A DNA stretch of 64,000 nucleotides from contig JBBTSB010000009.1 in NCBI GenBank assembly GCA_038064915.1, positions 20,773 through 84,772 of the forward strand. The letters are read 5' to 3'. Under the pieces are notes generated by a model, which was not told the DNA's origin, did no database searches, and saw nothing but the letters and a program-made list of their open reading frames with translations. A program made the translations under genes and the position numbers. Origin of the DNA: Patescibacteria group bacterium. GTDB lineage: Bacteria > Patescibacteriota > Minisyncoccia > 2-02-FULL-40-12 > IGHO2-01-FULL-4-A. Positions 46,216-56,067 of the stretch are shown here, piece after piece (position 1 is the first letter of the stretch; the number at the start of each line of letters is the position of its first letter).

Positions 46216-47459
46216 AACGTGATAAATCCATTGATGATGTTTTTCTCAATCTCTGTTTCGAGCCTACCACGTCCGATGTACTCGATAAAGAGTTTGTTCC
46301 ACAAAGCTTCCTCCTGGTGATAGAGGTACTTGGATTCGCCTTTTTTGACCACGGACATAATCAAATCGATAAGGTCAAAACTAATGAGCTCTTCCTTGCC
46401 ATCAAGTGTCGGGAAAAAATCTCCCACAAAATCAAGCCCCTGCCAATAGCCAAGTGTATGTCCTGCGGCATCTCCATGCATAGCAAGACGCCCCAAATCC
46501 CCTTCGGCCTTGTACCAGTGTTCGGCTTCAGGATTTACGTGCGGCTCGAGCAAACGAAAATCATTTTCATCATCCTTTGCCAAATATCGCTGGACAATGC
46601 GGAAACTTCCTTCCGGCGCTGGCCCTTCCGGAACATCGCCACGAAGCATTGATTGCAGTTTCGGTACGAAGTCAGATTCCTGCGAATACTGCCGAATCAG
46701 CTTTGTATAAAATGGCACTTCGTTTAAATAATGCAACAAGAGCATAAACATACGCGCAGTCTCGCCAGGGATATCGATTTTGATCGGCACAATGAAAATA
46801 ATGCCAAGTTCTTTTAGGTGGCTCACGTTGTGGTGTTTCTTTTTCATAAACTTGTCCGCAACATCAAGCCATTCTTCCTCAAGCACCTTCAACTCAACAT
46901 CACGTTCTTCAAAATCATCTGCCGTTAGATCCGCATAGCCTTTGTCAAAAAACACATGCATCCATTTCTCATCCTGCGCGAACCGCAATGAGGCAAACAC
47001 TGATGAAAAGCCTTGCTTCTCCACAAGCTCAGCAACCGTTTTGTATCCAAAATGATCGAGGAGATTTTGTGGAGGGAATTTTTCCAGCATTGCCACTGCT
47101 CGTTCTTGCTTCACAAAAAAACCTTTCTGTGGTTTTGCCAATTCAATGGCCGTCTGGCAAAGCTTTCCACATACATGAGACATTTTGGAAAGATCTGGCT
47201 TGTCAAGAAACTGATAAAGATGCTCATCCAAGTGCGTCAAACGCTTGATGAGAATACTATACACTTCCTCGGCCGTGGCTTTTTGACGATCCAAACCAAG
47301 TTCTTCTAGTGTGCGGCGAACCAAAATCTCATTTTCTTCCATCAAATTCTCGATCACTTCTTTTTTGCCAGTCAGCTTTTCCATCTTCGCTGCAAAGTCC
47401 ACCAGCATCTCCGGCTTGGTACGAAAAATCTTCGCGAGTTTGATGTATGAGTCGTGCAT
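46212..47459 (-). CDS. Conserved hypothetical protein (415 aa) within the sugar-phosphate gene cluster
   Basis: No recognisable motif. Translationally coupled with fba (ATGA overlap). Confidence 0.5.
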   Translation of the reverse strand: MHDSYIKLAKIFRTKPEMLVDFAAKMEKLTGKKEVIENLMEENEILVRRTLEELGLDRQKATAEEVYSILIKRLTHLDEHLYQFLDKPDLSKMSHVCGKLCQTAIELAKPQKGFFVKQERAVAMLEKFPPQNLLDHFGYKTVAELVEKQGFSSVFASLRFAQDEKWMHVFFDKGYADLTADDFEERDVELKVLEEEWLDVADKFMKKKHHNVSHLKELGIIFIVPIKIDIPGETARMFMLLLHYLNEVPFYTKLIRQYSQESDFVPKLQSMLRGDVPEGPAPEGSFRIVQRYLAKDDENDFRLLEPHVNPEAEHWYKAEGDLGRLAMHGDAAGHTLGYWQGLDFVGDFFPTLDGKEELISFDLIDLIMSVVKKGESKYLYHQEEALWNKLFIEYIGRGRLETEIEKNIINGFITL

Positions 47460-47471
47460 GTTGCTACCCTA

Positions 47472-48374
47472 TCAGATTTTTTTTACTTCCACCAGAGGCC
47501 AGGGACCCCAATCGCCCGACTTCAAGATGCCGGCTTTGGAGCCAAACTTCGTGACCACGGAGCTTGCGTTGGCGGTGCCAAATTGGATCGCTTTTTCTAT
47601 ACTTCCACTACGGATATACTCCGAAACAAAGCCGGATCCATAGGCATCTCCTGCTCCGGTGCGCTCAACAACAGGAGAATCAGGAATCCCCGCAGTGTAG
47701 GTTGTATCTTTGTCGTACACTGTGACTCCCCTCGGTCCATCACTGATAGACAAAATGCCTTTTACGTATGGCCGCAAATCAGGCGCAAGTCCCTCCGCCT
47801 CTTCTTTATTCATAAGCAGGATGTCCATGTGCGCAAATAGCGGCTTGAGCTTCTCTAGTCCATGCTCAAGCTCCTTGCCACCAGGGTTACACGCGATTTT
47901 CATACTGTTCTTCATGGCATGCTGAACTAATTTTTCAAACAAGTCATAATGTCCACCTAGCGAATCCAGGAAGAGCCACTTCGATTGCAGTTTTGAAAAA
48001 TCCAGCTCGCTTGCATTGAAGTGCTGTCCCTCGCCCTTGTACGATAAAATCGTGCGCTCGGCATCGGGTCTTACCATGATGACCGAGTAGGCCGTCATGT
48101 CATCGTGATGCTTTTCAAACATACTCACATCGATGCCCTCGCCCTCAAGCTCACGCAGTACTTCGGCACCGTTCGCATCATCGCCGATCACACCGATACA
48201 GGCCGTTTTGAGTCCCTGGCGCGCAAATGTCACGGCGTAGTTGGTTCCTCCCCCACCGGTCACCAAAACTAATTTCTTGATTTCTACTTTTGATCCAGCC
48301 TTTGCGTGTTCAAAGGCGTCACTCTGCATGAGCACATCCCTAGTCGCTGATCCGATGGAAATAATATCAAACAT
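47472..48374 (-). CDS. PfkB-family carbohydrate kinase (candidate 6-phosphofructokinase or ribokinase-type)
   Basis: GG dipeptide region and DTxGAGD motif (TGAGDAY). Confidence 0.75.
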   Translation of the reverse strand: MFDIISIGSATRDVLMQSDAFEHAKAGSKVEIKKLVLVTGGGGTNYAVTFARQGLKTACIGVIGDDANGAEVLRELEGEGIDVSMFEKHHDDMTAYSVIMVRPDAERTILSYKGEGQHFNASELDFSKLQSKWLFLDSLGGHYDLFEKLVQHAMKNSMKIACNPGGKELEHGLEKLKPLFAHMDILLMNKEEAEGLAPDLRPYVKGILSISDGPRGVTVYDKDTTYTAGIPDSPVVERTGAGDAYGSGFVSEYIRSGSIEKAIQFGTANASSVVTKFGSKAGILKSGDWGPWPLVEVKKI

Positions 48375-48939
48375 GGAATTGGTCTATTCTGCTTCCTATT
48401 ACGGACTCATTGACTCCCGCTTCTTCCAGTATACCAATATTTTCCGGAGAAATCCCGCCATCGGCGACTATCTGCATGTCGGGATAGTAAAAATGGAAGT
48501 CTTTGATTTTCTCAACCACTTCTGGCAAAAACATACCGCCATAGAAACCAGGTTCAACCGTCATAAAATGCACAAAGTCCACAAGATTTACCCAAGGCTC
48601 AATTGTCTTCCACTCCGTTTTCGGATTCAGCGCAATCCCAACCTCGCATTCAATCATATCAATCACTTCCTGGTGTTTCTGTGTAGCCTCCACATGAAAT
48701 GTTATGGAAGTTGCTACATCGGCCCACTTCACGAGGTGGTTTTCGGGCTTTGAGACCATCAAGTGCACACGAAAATCCAGGCTTGTCTCCAATTCTCCCA
48801 ACGTATCTATAGTAGTATTTGGCACAAAAATCCCATCAGCGATATCCAAGTGTGCTCGCTCAAAGTGCGGCTCCAGTTGTCGTACCTTCTCTGCCAGCTC
48901 TTCTTTTGTTTTCACCAAAATCGACGGAAGGATGTCCAT
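48367..48939 (-). CDS. rpe: Ribulose-phosphate 3-epimerase (short)
   Basis: PSIL...HLDIADGIFVPN...HLMV pattern. Confidence 0.7.
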   Translation of the reverse strand: MDILPSILVKTKEELAEKVRQLEPHFERAHLDIADGIFVPNTTIDTLGELETSLDFRVHLMVSKPENHLVKWADVATSITFHVEATQKHQEVIDMIECEVGIALNPKTEWKTIEPWVNLVDFVHFMTVEPGFYGGMFLPEVVEKIKDFHFYYPDMQIVADGGISPENIGILEEAGVNESVIGSRIDQFHV

Positions 48940-48940
48940 G

Positions 48941-49822
48941 TTATTTCACGAGATTTGGTGGTGTCCGTCCTTCAAGAGCTTCGATGATGTTGGTGGCGGC
49001 GACAATGGCCATATTGGTGCGTGCCTCGAGTGTTGCCGAAGCAATATGCGGAGTCATGACGACATTGTCGAGGAAAAACAATTCCGAAGACATCAGCGGC
49101 TCAGTTTCAAAGACGTCCAAAGCCGCACCGGCAATTGTTTTTGCTTTCAATGCCTCGATGAGTGCCGCTTCATCAATCACCGGGCCGCGAGAGGTATTGA
49201 CGAGATACGCGGTGGGCTTCATTTTTGCTAAACGGTCAGCATTGATCATGTGACGCGTGGAATCCAGGAGAGGCACGTGAATAGAAACAATATCGCATTG
49301 CGGAAGAAATACATCAGGATCGTCGTTGGGTCCGCAGGTAATTGCTTTCATACCAAACGCACCCGCCATCTCCGCAACACGAGATCCAATTCTGCCCGGA
49401 CCCAGAATGCCCAAGGTTTTTCCTTTCAGTTCCATGCCCAGCATGAAATCCCACGCCCAGGATTCTTTCCATTCGCCTGTGCGAATATGCTGATCAGCTT
49501 CAGGTATGCGACGTGCAATAGAAAGTACAAGCGCAATAGCATGTTCCGCTACTGCTTCGGTAAGTACATCAGGAGTGTTTGTAATTAAAATATTATGTGC
49601 TTTTGCCGCATCAAGATCGATATTATTGTATCCCACTGCGTAATTGGCGATGATCTTGAGTGTTGCCGGCGCTGTGTCAAAAAAAGCCTTGTCGAGTTTA
49701 TCCGGAAGACCTGAAAGCATAGCGTCCGCCTCGGTAATACTGTCCACGATTTCAAAACCCTTGTTTTTCAGTATTTCGATTCCCACCTCCGGGATTGGTC
49801 GTGCAAGAAATACTTTACCCAT
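48941..49822 (-). CDS. D-isomer-specific 2-hydroxyacid dehydrogenase (GhrB/SerA-like)
   Basis: NAD-binding GKTLGILGPGRIGSRVA and catalytic R/E/H residues. Start placed at MGKVF. Confidence 0.75.
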   Translation of the reverse strand: MGKVFLARPIPEVGIEILKNKGFEIVDSITEADAMLSGLPDKLDKAFFDTAPATLKIIANYAVGYNNIDLDAAKAHNILITNTPDVLTEAVAEHAIALVLSIARRIPEADQHIRTGEWKESWAWDFMLGMELKGKTLGILGPGRIGSRVAEMAGAFGMKAITCGPNDDPDVFLPQCDIVSIHVPLLDSTRHMINADRLAKMKPTAYLVNTSRGPVIDEAALIEALKAKTIAGAALDVFETEPLMSSELFFLDNVVMTPHIASATLEARTNMAIVAATNIIEALEGRTPPNLVK

Positions 49823-50285
49823 GGATGACTTTGCCAGTTTCTTCAATTTGCTCAATTTCTTTGATGCGACGAACGTGGCGCTCCTCAAAAGTAAACTTCG
49901 TTTCCAGCCATAGCTTGATTGCCTCTTTTGCTTCACCTTCGGTAATATAGGTCGCAGAAAGTGAGAGAACGTTGGTGTGGTTGTGCTCCTTTGCTAGCTT
50001 GATCATATCAAGCAACTTGCCATAGTAAAGTGCCGCACGGACATGTTTGTACTTGTTTGCCACAATCGCCTCACCTTGGCCCGTGTGTCCCAAAACAATA
50101 CCAAATGAATTATCCGGATCGGCTGAAACTTTTTTACCAACACGATGGACAAAATCCGGGTAGTCGTCCTTGGGATCGTACTCAAGTGCCCCGCAATCCT
50201 CAAAGTCATAGTTCCACTCTTTCAGCCACAGCTTAATTTTTTCCTTCAGTTCAAATCCACGATGATCAGTACCTAAGTAAATCAT
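49815..50285 (-). CDS. rpiB: Ribose-5-phosphate isomerase B
   Basis: RpiB/LacAB fold (IYLGTDHRGFELK). Confidence 0.85.
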   Translation of the reverse strand: MIYLGTDHRGFELKEKIKLWLKEWNYDFEDCGALEYDPKDDYPDFVHRVGKKVSADPDNSFGIVLGHTGQGEAIVANKYKHVRAALYYGKLLDMIKLAKEHNHTNVLSLSATYITEGEAKEAIKLWLETKFTFEERHVRRIKEIEQIEETGKVIHG

Positions 50286-51160
50286 AGTCTATTGAGATAG
50301 CTCACCGCTGACAGCAGTGCCGTGACTCCCTGCCCTGCTGCGATTGGGTTTTGCTTATATTGCATATTAGTGACATCACCTGCGGCATACAATCCAGGAA
50401 TATTGGTCTCGCAACTTTGATTGATAACAATCTCACCAAAATTGTTTTTTTCTACGCCCTCGGGCGCCATGGCCGAATTGGCGATCATGCCAATGTGGAC
50501 AAAAATCCCATCCACCGTTATTTCTCTATCATTATACCGCAAACCGGTAACAAATTCATTACCAATGATCTCTTTGGTCAAGGCTGAATATATGATCTCA
50601 ACATTTGGCTTATTCTGCAAGTTATCAATCAACACAGCATCACCCTTGAACTGTGGGTTCTTGTTGATCACGTACACTTTTTTACACAAATCAGCCAACA
50701 TCAAAGCGGATTCCAGCGCTGAATTTCCACCCCCAATGGTTGCCACGACTTTACCAGCAAAAATGGGACCGTCGCACGTCGTGCAGTAGCTCACGCCTTT
50801 GTTCCGAAATTCTTTCTCACCGGGAATATTGAGCTCCCGCGGATGCGCACCGGTGGCGATGATGACTGTTTTTGTTTCATAACCGTCCACCAAAAAAGAC
50901 CCATTCTTCTTCTCGATCTTTTTTATCTCAATGTCCTCATCGATCGAGACTCCTAGAAACTCTAAATGCTCGCGGAATTTTTGAGCGAGCTCAATGCCAT
51001 TGGTTTCCGGAATGCCCGGCCAGTTGCCGATTTCCCCGGATGTAGCAAGCTCACCATTGAAATCCTTGGTAACAACTTTAAAATTCAGCCCTCGCCGAGC
51101 GGCATAAATAGCGGCGGCAGTACCGGCGGTAGAACCGCCGATGATTACAAGGTCGTACAT
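50282..51160 (-). CDS. trxB: Thioredoxin-disulfide reductase
   Basis: FAD motif GGSTAGTAAAIYAAR, redox Cys pair CTTC and NADPH motif. Confidence 0.85.
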   Translation of the reverse strand: MYDLVIIGGSTAGTAAAIYAARRGLNFKVVTKDFNGELATSGEIGNWPGIPETNGIELAQKFREHLEFLGVSIDEDIEIKKIEKKNGSFLVDGYETKTVIIATGAHPRELNIPGEKEFRNKGVSYCTTCDGPIFAGKVVATIGGGNSALESALMLADLCKKVYVINKNPQFKGDAVLIDNLQNKPNVEIIYSALTKEIIGNEFVTGLRYNDREITVDGIFVHIGMIANSAMAPEGVEKNNFGEIVINQSCETNIPGLYAAGDVTNMQYKQNPIAAGQGVTALLSAVSYLNRL

Positions 51161-51210
51161 AGTAAATGACTAATAATTAATTACTAATGATTAATCAATA
51201 ACCAAATGGC

Positions 51211-51582
51211 TCAATGGTCATTAATTTTATTTTCCCGGCTTGATTTAATAATCTTAGCAAAGATCAAATTCAACTCTTTTGCTTCCTGCCATAACTTTCG
51301 AGCTGATTCTTTGCTCTCGGGAACAGAAGCGCCAATCATATGAAACCAATACATGCTTTCACGAACCTCTTTCTTGCAAATCCCGATTTTGTGGACAAAA
51401 TCTTTCTTCGATTCCGCATTATTGGCCTCACAATAGTTTGCGCCAACGCTGGTACCAGATCGGACCAGCTGACTGATCAACGGTCTGGTGATACTATTTT
51501 CGGCTATTTTCCTGCAAAAATCAAGGACCATGATACCAAACTTTGCGGTACGTTCTTCGAGGTCAAATTTCTTATCGGTCAT
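51211..51582 (-). CDS. Four-helix-bundle protein (TIGR02436-type, rRNA IVS-protein family)
   Basis: GTSVGANYCEA...SKKDF...EVRESMYWF pattern. Confidence 0.65.
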   Translation of the reverse strand: MTDKKFDLEERTAKFGIMVLDFCRKIAENSITRPLISQLVRSGTSVGANYCEANNAESKKDFVHKIGICKKEVRESMYWFHMIGASVPESKESARKLWQEAKELNLIFAKIIKSSRENKINDH

Positions 51583-52106
51583 AGCTGAAATTGGTCAACG
51601 ATTTTTTGAGCAACCTCATTGGGTTGTAACAAATTGGTATCCAACGTCAAGCTATCCGTATGCTGCACTTTTGCAAATAAATTAAACTTGTCCATAAGTT
51701 CCTTGAGTTTTTCTTGGGTCTTTACTTTGTGGAATTTTTCTCTGCTTGGTTCATTCACACGCTTCATCAATACCTCTTCGGGTGCTATGAGCTGCACAAA
51801 GTATATCGTTCCCCGGTTGCGTTTGATAATATCGGTCAGTGAATCAATCCAAGGCTGGTCACTAATATCATAGACGTAGGTAAATATGACACCAGGAATC
51901 TCTGCTTTCGCAGCTGTATCGATGATATCTTCTCGAATCCTATTGACCAAAGGCGCACGAGCAGGATGTCCCCACTCAAAAAAGATGCCAATCATATCAC
52001 TGATAATATGATTGTGAAAGTTTTTGTAGCCAGTGAGTTTCTCAAGCTCATTTGCTACCGTAAGCTTTCCAACAGCAGGTGGTCCATATAGAAAGATGAG
52101 ATTCAT
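51579..52106 (-). CDS. P-loop NTPase, small kinase-like protein
   Basis: Walker A YGPPAVGKLT; about 175 aa. Confidence 0.55.
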   Translation of the reverse strand: MNLIFLYGPPAVGKLTVANELEKLTGYKNFHNHIISDMIGIFFEWGHPARAPLVNRIREDIIDTAAKAEIPGVIFTYVYDISDQPWIDSLTDIIKRNRGTIYFVQLIAPEEVLMKRVNEPSREKFHKVKTQEKLKELMDKFNLFAKVQHTDSLTLDTNLLQPNEVAQKIVDQFQL

Positions 52107-52151
52107 TTGCTCATTGATTAGTCATTAGTAATTCGTTATTAGTCATTTTCT

Positions 52152-53447
52152 ATGTTCTATTGTATCATGATTTGTATGCGAAAACATCTTGCGCTGATTG
52201 TCATTTTACTGGCTAGTATCGCTGTCCATTTTGCATTTTTCGGACATCCCCGACAAACCGTTTTTGATGAAGTCCACTTTGGCAAATTTGTTTCCGGTTA
52301 CTTCACGCACGAGTATTTTTTTGACATCCATCCCCCGCTGGGCAAGCTGATCATTTCCGGAGCAGCAAAGATGGCGGGGTTTGAGCCGGGCTTTAGTTTT
52401 GGACAAATTGGCGAGCAGTTTCCCAATGCAACGTACAAGGCGATGCGGCTACTTCCCAGCATCGCTGGCACATTGCTTCCTGTAGTGATTTTCTTACTGC
52501 TCCTTGAGCTGAAGTTTTCGAAAGGCGCTGCCATGACTGCCGGTTTGCTCATCGCTTTTGATAATGCTCTTCTGGTGCAATCCCGTTTTATGCTTCTGGA
52601 CTCGTTTTTGTTGCTCTTGGGATTTCTCTCATGGTGGTTGTATGCAAAATTCCGCAATTCTCCCACTACTCACTATTCACTATTCACTTCTGCTGCCATC
52701 TTTGCCGGCGCCGCAGCATCAGTAAAGTGGACGGGGATAACGTTTCTTGCGGTAATCGGCATTCTTGAGCTTATTCGTGTCATTCGAGAGCGAACTCGTT
52801 TTCTATCACTAGTGGTTTTGATTTTTGTGCCATTTTTGGTCTACTACGCACTATTCACTATCCACTTCTCCCTCCTATCACAGCCAGGTCCCGGTGATGC
52901 GTTCATGTCGCAGGATTTTCGCGACGGAAAACTCTCTTCGTTCGAAAAATTTAATGAACTCAATAGCGAGATGTACCGGGCTAACGCACGATTGACGGCG
53001 ACCCATCCCTACTCGAGCAAGTGGTACCAATGGCCATTCATGGTAAAGGGTATTTACTATTGGAACTCCGCCAATGAAAAAATTTATCTTTTGGGAAATC
53101 CCATTATTTGGTGGGCTTCGACGTTTGGCATTTTATATATCCTTATCAACAGCGTTACTGCGAGAAATACGATGTATTGGCTTTTGAGCGGTGCCTATCT
53201 GCTGAATATACTTCCATTCATCGGAATAGATAGGGCAATGTTCCTCTATCACTACTTTACAGGACTCATCATCGCTATTATTGCCCTTGTGTATTTTGTC
53301 GATTCATTGAAAAACCGCAATAAAATCTTTGCGGTTTTGCTGGCGGCAAGTTTTGTGGTTTTCCTCTACTTCGCTCCCCTCTCATATGGACTACAACTTT
53401 CTGAAAAAGCCTTCCAGCATCGGATGTGGTTGGAGAGTTGGAAGTAA
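52152..53447 (+). CDS. GT39-family (PMT/ArnT-like) polyprenyl-phosphate-dependent glycosyltransferase
   Basis: N-terminal DE motif region (VFDEVHFGKF...FDIHPPLGKL) and a polytopic membrane protein. Confidence 0.7.
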   Translation: MFYCIMICMRKHLALIVILLASIAVHFAFFGHPRQTVFDEVHFGKFVSGYFTHEYFFDIHPPLGKLIISGAAKMAGFEPGFSFGQIGEQFPNATYKAMRLLPSIAGTLLPVVIFLLLLELKFSKGAAMTAGLLIAFDNALLVQSRFMLLDSFLLLLGFLSWWLYAKFRNSPTTHYSLFTSAAIFAGAAASVKWTGITFLAVIGILELIRVIRERTRFLSLVVLIFVPFLVYYALFTIHFSLLSQPGPGDAFMSQDFRDGKLSSFEKFNELNSEMYRANARLTATHPYSSKWYQWPFMVKGIYYWNSANEKIYLLGNPIIWWASTFGILYILINSVTARNTMYWLLSGAYLLNILPFIGIDRAMFLYHYFTGLIIAIIALVYFVDSLKNRNKIFAVLLAASFVVFLYFAPLSYGLQLSEKAFQHRMWLESWK

Positions 53448-53454
53448 AAAGCCA

Positions 53455-53483
53455 GGGAGAGTCAAGGCGCTTACGACTCTCCC
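53455..53483. terminator. Hairpin GGGAGAGTC-(11 nt loop)-GACTCTCCC between convergent genes
   Basis: 9 bp perfect stem. Confidence 0.4.
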
Positions 53484-53701
53484 TCTTCACCCAGAGAACA
53501 GGTGAATTCCGCCAGGGCTTTGAGGCCCTCGTCTCGCGTCTTGGCCTTGATGATCTTGACGAGTTGCGAAGGCTTGGGAATTACTCGGCGCACTTTCCAG
53601 GTGTGCCGAAACTGACCCTGACGGTAATCCACGCGATAGCGCTGATCGTTTAGCTCAAAAATCCAGCGCACCGCGGTTAGTACCGTGAGGAGATCAGGCA
53701 T
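53471..53701 (-). CDS. Hypothetical small protein (76 aa)
   Basis: ORF only. Confidence 0.3.
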   Translation of the reverse strand: MPDLLTVLTAVRWIFELNDQRYRVDYRQGQFRHTWKVRRVIPKPSQLVKIIKAKTRDEGLKALAEFTCSLGEEGES

Positions 53702-53721
53702 GGCCTCCCTCCTTACTCTCC

Positions 53722-54294
53722 TTATAGCACAATATCGCGGACTTTCAAATAGAGTTCTTCGGCGGCTTTCCAGTCAAAATTTTTCCAGAAGGCTTCGATA
53801 TACGCTTTGCGATCTGATCCAAAATCAATAAAATACGCGTGTTCATACACATCGAGCACGATGATGGGAATACATCCCCACACCCCGCCCTGGTTGTGGC
53901 TATCGGCATTGTACTGCATGAGCTTTGCTTTTTTGGTATCCCATGCAAGAATTGCCCATCCACGAGCTGCCATCCCACATTCACTCATATATTTGACGCC
54001 ATCTTCGAAGCTGCCAAATTTTTCTTCAAGAGCTTTCGCCAGTTCGGGCGCATCCTCTGTTTTTCCTTCTCCACTGATATTCTCAAAATACCACTCGTGG
54101 AGATAGACACCGTTGGTTGCAAAGGTCTCTTCAGTTTTTAAAGCTCGCAACTCACTGAAAGTAGCATTCCCTTCTGCTTTTCCTGATTTTCTCAACTCTC
54201 CAAGCTTATTTCCTATCTCTTCAGACTTTTTTACATACCCTGCATAGAGCTTATCACGATGGATTGCCATCGTTTTTTCAGAAATTCCAATCAT
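53722..54294 (-). CDS. Fe/Mn superoxide dismutase
   Basis: C-terminal DVYEHAYY and W-rich region. The N-terminal His motif is degenerate. Confidence 0.7.
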   Translation of the reverse strand: MIGISEKTMAIHRDKLYAGYVKKSEEIGNKLGELRKSGKAEGNATFSELRALKTEETFATNGVYLHEWYFENISGEGKTEDAPELAKALEEKFGSFEDGVKYMSECGMAARGWAILAWDTKKAKLMQYNADSHNQGGVWGCIPIIVLDVYEHAYFIDFGSDRKAYIEAFWKNFDWKAAEELYLKVRDIVL

Positions 54295-54527
54295 AGTCCT
54301 AGTAAATTACTAATTTTTGGTTTATCAAAACCTATCACAATCTTGCCGTCAATTTCGATAACAGGGACGCCAAACTGATGCGATTTGTCGAGCATCTCCT
54401 GCCTGCGGTGAATATCCCGCGCCACGTCGTACTCGTTGTACTGGATGTTGTTCTTTGCAAAATACTCCTTTGCCATCTTGCAGTATGCGCAGCTGGGAGT
54501 CGTAAAAATAGATACGGTGTGTGCCAT
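54291..54527 (-). CDS. Glutaredoxin-like protein (NrdH/Grx family)
   Basis: CAYC active site and GVPVIEIDGK. Start placed at MAHTV. Confidence 0.65.
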   Translation of the reverse strand: MAHTVSIFTTPSCAYCKMAKEYFAKNNIQYNEYDVARDIHRRQEMLDKSHQFGVPVIEIDGKIVIGFDKPKISNLLGL

Positions 54528-54547
54528 AGGACTTTCATTATACCAAA

Positions 54548-54580
54548 ATAAAAATCCCCCACAAGGGGGATTTTTATTTG
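54548..54580. terminator. Rho-independent terminator AAAAATCCCCC-ACAA-GGGGGATTTTT
   Basis: Perfect stem with bidirectional A/T arms. Confidence 0.55.
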
Positions 54581-54582
54581 AG

Positions 54583-54906
54583 TTAGAAGCCTCCTCGGCC
54601 TCCGCCTCCGAAACCACCACCACGAGGAGCGCGAGGCTCCATCGGACGTGCTTCGTTCACGACGATGTTTCGTCCGCCCATGTCTTGGCCGTTGAACATC
54701 TCGATCGCTTTCATAGCTTCTTCCTTGGTCGCCATTTCGACGAACCCGAAGCCCTTGGAGCGACCCGACATTTTGTCGATGATGACGTGTGCTGAAGTCA
54801 CATTTCCCGCTGCGGAGAAATGATCCTTGAGCTGGTCATCGGTCGTGCTGTAGGGAAGGCTGCCGACGTAGAGTCGGGTGCCGTTGCCCTGTGTTGCATT
54901 ATCCAT
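54583..54906 (-). CDS. RRM-domain RNA-binding protein with an RGG tail
   Basis: RNP1 KGFGFVEM, RNP2 LYVGSL and a C-terminal GGGFGGGGRGG. Confidence 0.8.
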   Translation of the reverse strand: MDNATQGNGTRLYVGSLPYSTTDDQLKDHFSAAGNVTSAHVIIDKMSGRSKGFGFVEMATKEEAMKAIEMFNGQDMGGRNIVVNEARPMEPRAPRGGGFGGGGRGGF

Positions 54907-54974
54907 GCGTGCACTTTGTTAAAAGTTCTACTATCTGTAGGAGGACCTTCTCGTAGTGCACGCCTCGGATAAAC

Positions 54975-55325
54975 CTAACGCTTGCTCAAACTGAGAACAC
55001 CTACAATGTCATCTATTATACTCTCATCATCAAGAATGTCAAGATCGGTGATAAATTCCTCGTCCAGCATAGCAAGTTCTTCCTCCATCACCGCTACTTC
55101 TCCAGATTCCTCTACCTCGATTTGCACATATTCTGCTTCTGGTATAGCTGGAGAGACAACAAAAAATGCAACGATGGCCACTACAGGAACAAAAGCCAAC
55201 CACGGCCAACGCACCCTTTTTTCAGGAAGATTTTCAACGATATTCTTCACCGCTCCCCATGGAGGTTTGATGGATTGTGCCTCTTGGTGAAGTGCCTGTT
55301 CCAGTTGTTTATCTTGGTAGTCCAT
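54975..55325 (-). CDS. Putative anti-sigma factor (single transmembrane segment)
   Basis: Immediately downstream of and overlapping the ECF sigma gene. Transmembrane helix and acidic C-terminus. Confidence 0.45.
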   Translation of the reverse strand: MDYQDKQLEQALHQEAQSIKPPWGAVKNIVENLPEKRVRWPWLAFVPVVAIVAFFVVSPAIPEAEYVQIEVEESGEVAVMEEELAMLDEEFITDLDILDDESIIDDIVGVLSLSKR

Positions 55326-55854
55326 GGCGTAGTGCTTTTAATCCTCGTGATTGCAGTTGACGTACGGCCTCTTCGGTTTTCCCCATCAACTGCGCAATTT
55401 CTTGGTTTGAACAATCATTGATGTATCTCAGGGTCAATACCTCACATTGATCATCGCTAAGCTTTTGAAGCGCATCTCGTACCATCGTGCCGTCATAGCG
55501 GATGGAAATGAGTTGTGCTATATCGGGGCCTGGATCGGTGATTTCATGTCCATCTTCCATGATGATTTCCCGCTTTTTTCTTCGATAATCAATAACCGAA
55601 TTTCGAGCAATCGTATAGAAAAACGAAAGCGGATTTTTGCCCCGATTGCGAAATTTCGCAAGTGCTTTATAGGCTTTTAAAAAAACGGTTTGAAGGAGAT
55701 CTTCCACGTCTTCTCTCCGACGGACACGAAAATAAATATACCGATATAGTGGCGTAGCATACTGCTCATACAAGAGCGAAAAGGCATTCTCATCTCCTTT
55801 TCTGGCCTCATCCATGAGCTTCACCGCGTCAATTGTGGAATCCATCTCGTTCAT
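55309..55854 (-). CDS. ECF-type RNA polymerase sigma factor
   Basis: Sigma-70 regions 2 and 4 (LLQTVFLKAYKA..., EIAQLMGKTEEAVRQL). Confidence 0.8.
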   Translation of the reverse strand: MNEMDSTIDAVKLMDEARKGDENAFSLLYEQYATPLYRYIYFRVRRREDVEDLLQTVFLKAYKALAKFRNRGKNPLSFFYTIARNSVIDYRRKKREIIMEDGHEITDPGPDIAQLISIRYDGTMVRDALQKLSDDQCEVLTLRYINDCSNQEIAQLMGKTEEAVRQLQSRGLKALRHGLPR

Positions 55855-55897
55855 AAGGTTTAACGATTCTATCAGGCTTATGTGACGAGATCAAACT

Positions 55898-55987
55898 TGG
55901 CGGTGAGGGTGAGATTCGAACTCACGATACGGTTTCCCGTATGACAGTTTTCAAGACTGTTGCCTTAAACCACTCGGCCACCTCACC
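55898..55987 (-). tRNA. tRNA-Ser (anticodon TGA), CCA encoded
   Basis: Hand fold: acceptor GGTGAGG/CCTCACC, anticodon loop CTTGAAA, long variable arm and T-arm GTGAG-TTCGAAT-CTCAC. Confidence 0.85.
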
Positions 55988-56020
55988 AAGTCCATCATCC
56001 TAGCATTTTTTAGGCGCGAA

Positions 56021-56042
56021 CAAAACCCCCAGGTGGGGGTTT
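56021..56042. terminator. Terminator AAAACCCCCA-GG-TGGGGGTTTT downstream of the pilin gene
   Basis: Perfect hairpin. Confidence 0.5.
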
Positions 56043-56067
56043 TGTGCTAACACTCAAAGTATGTGTG

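Noticed and set aside
52660-52875. Short tandem-like repeats (ACTATTCACT) inside the GT39 gene
   Set aside because: Low-complexity coding repeats that encode hydrophobic transmembrane segments. No independent repeat structure.
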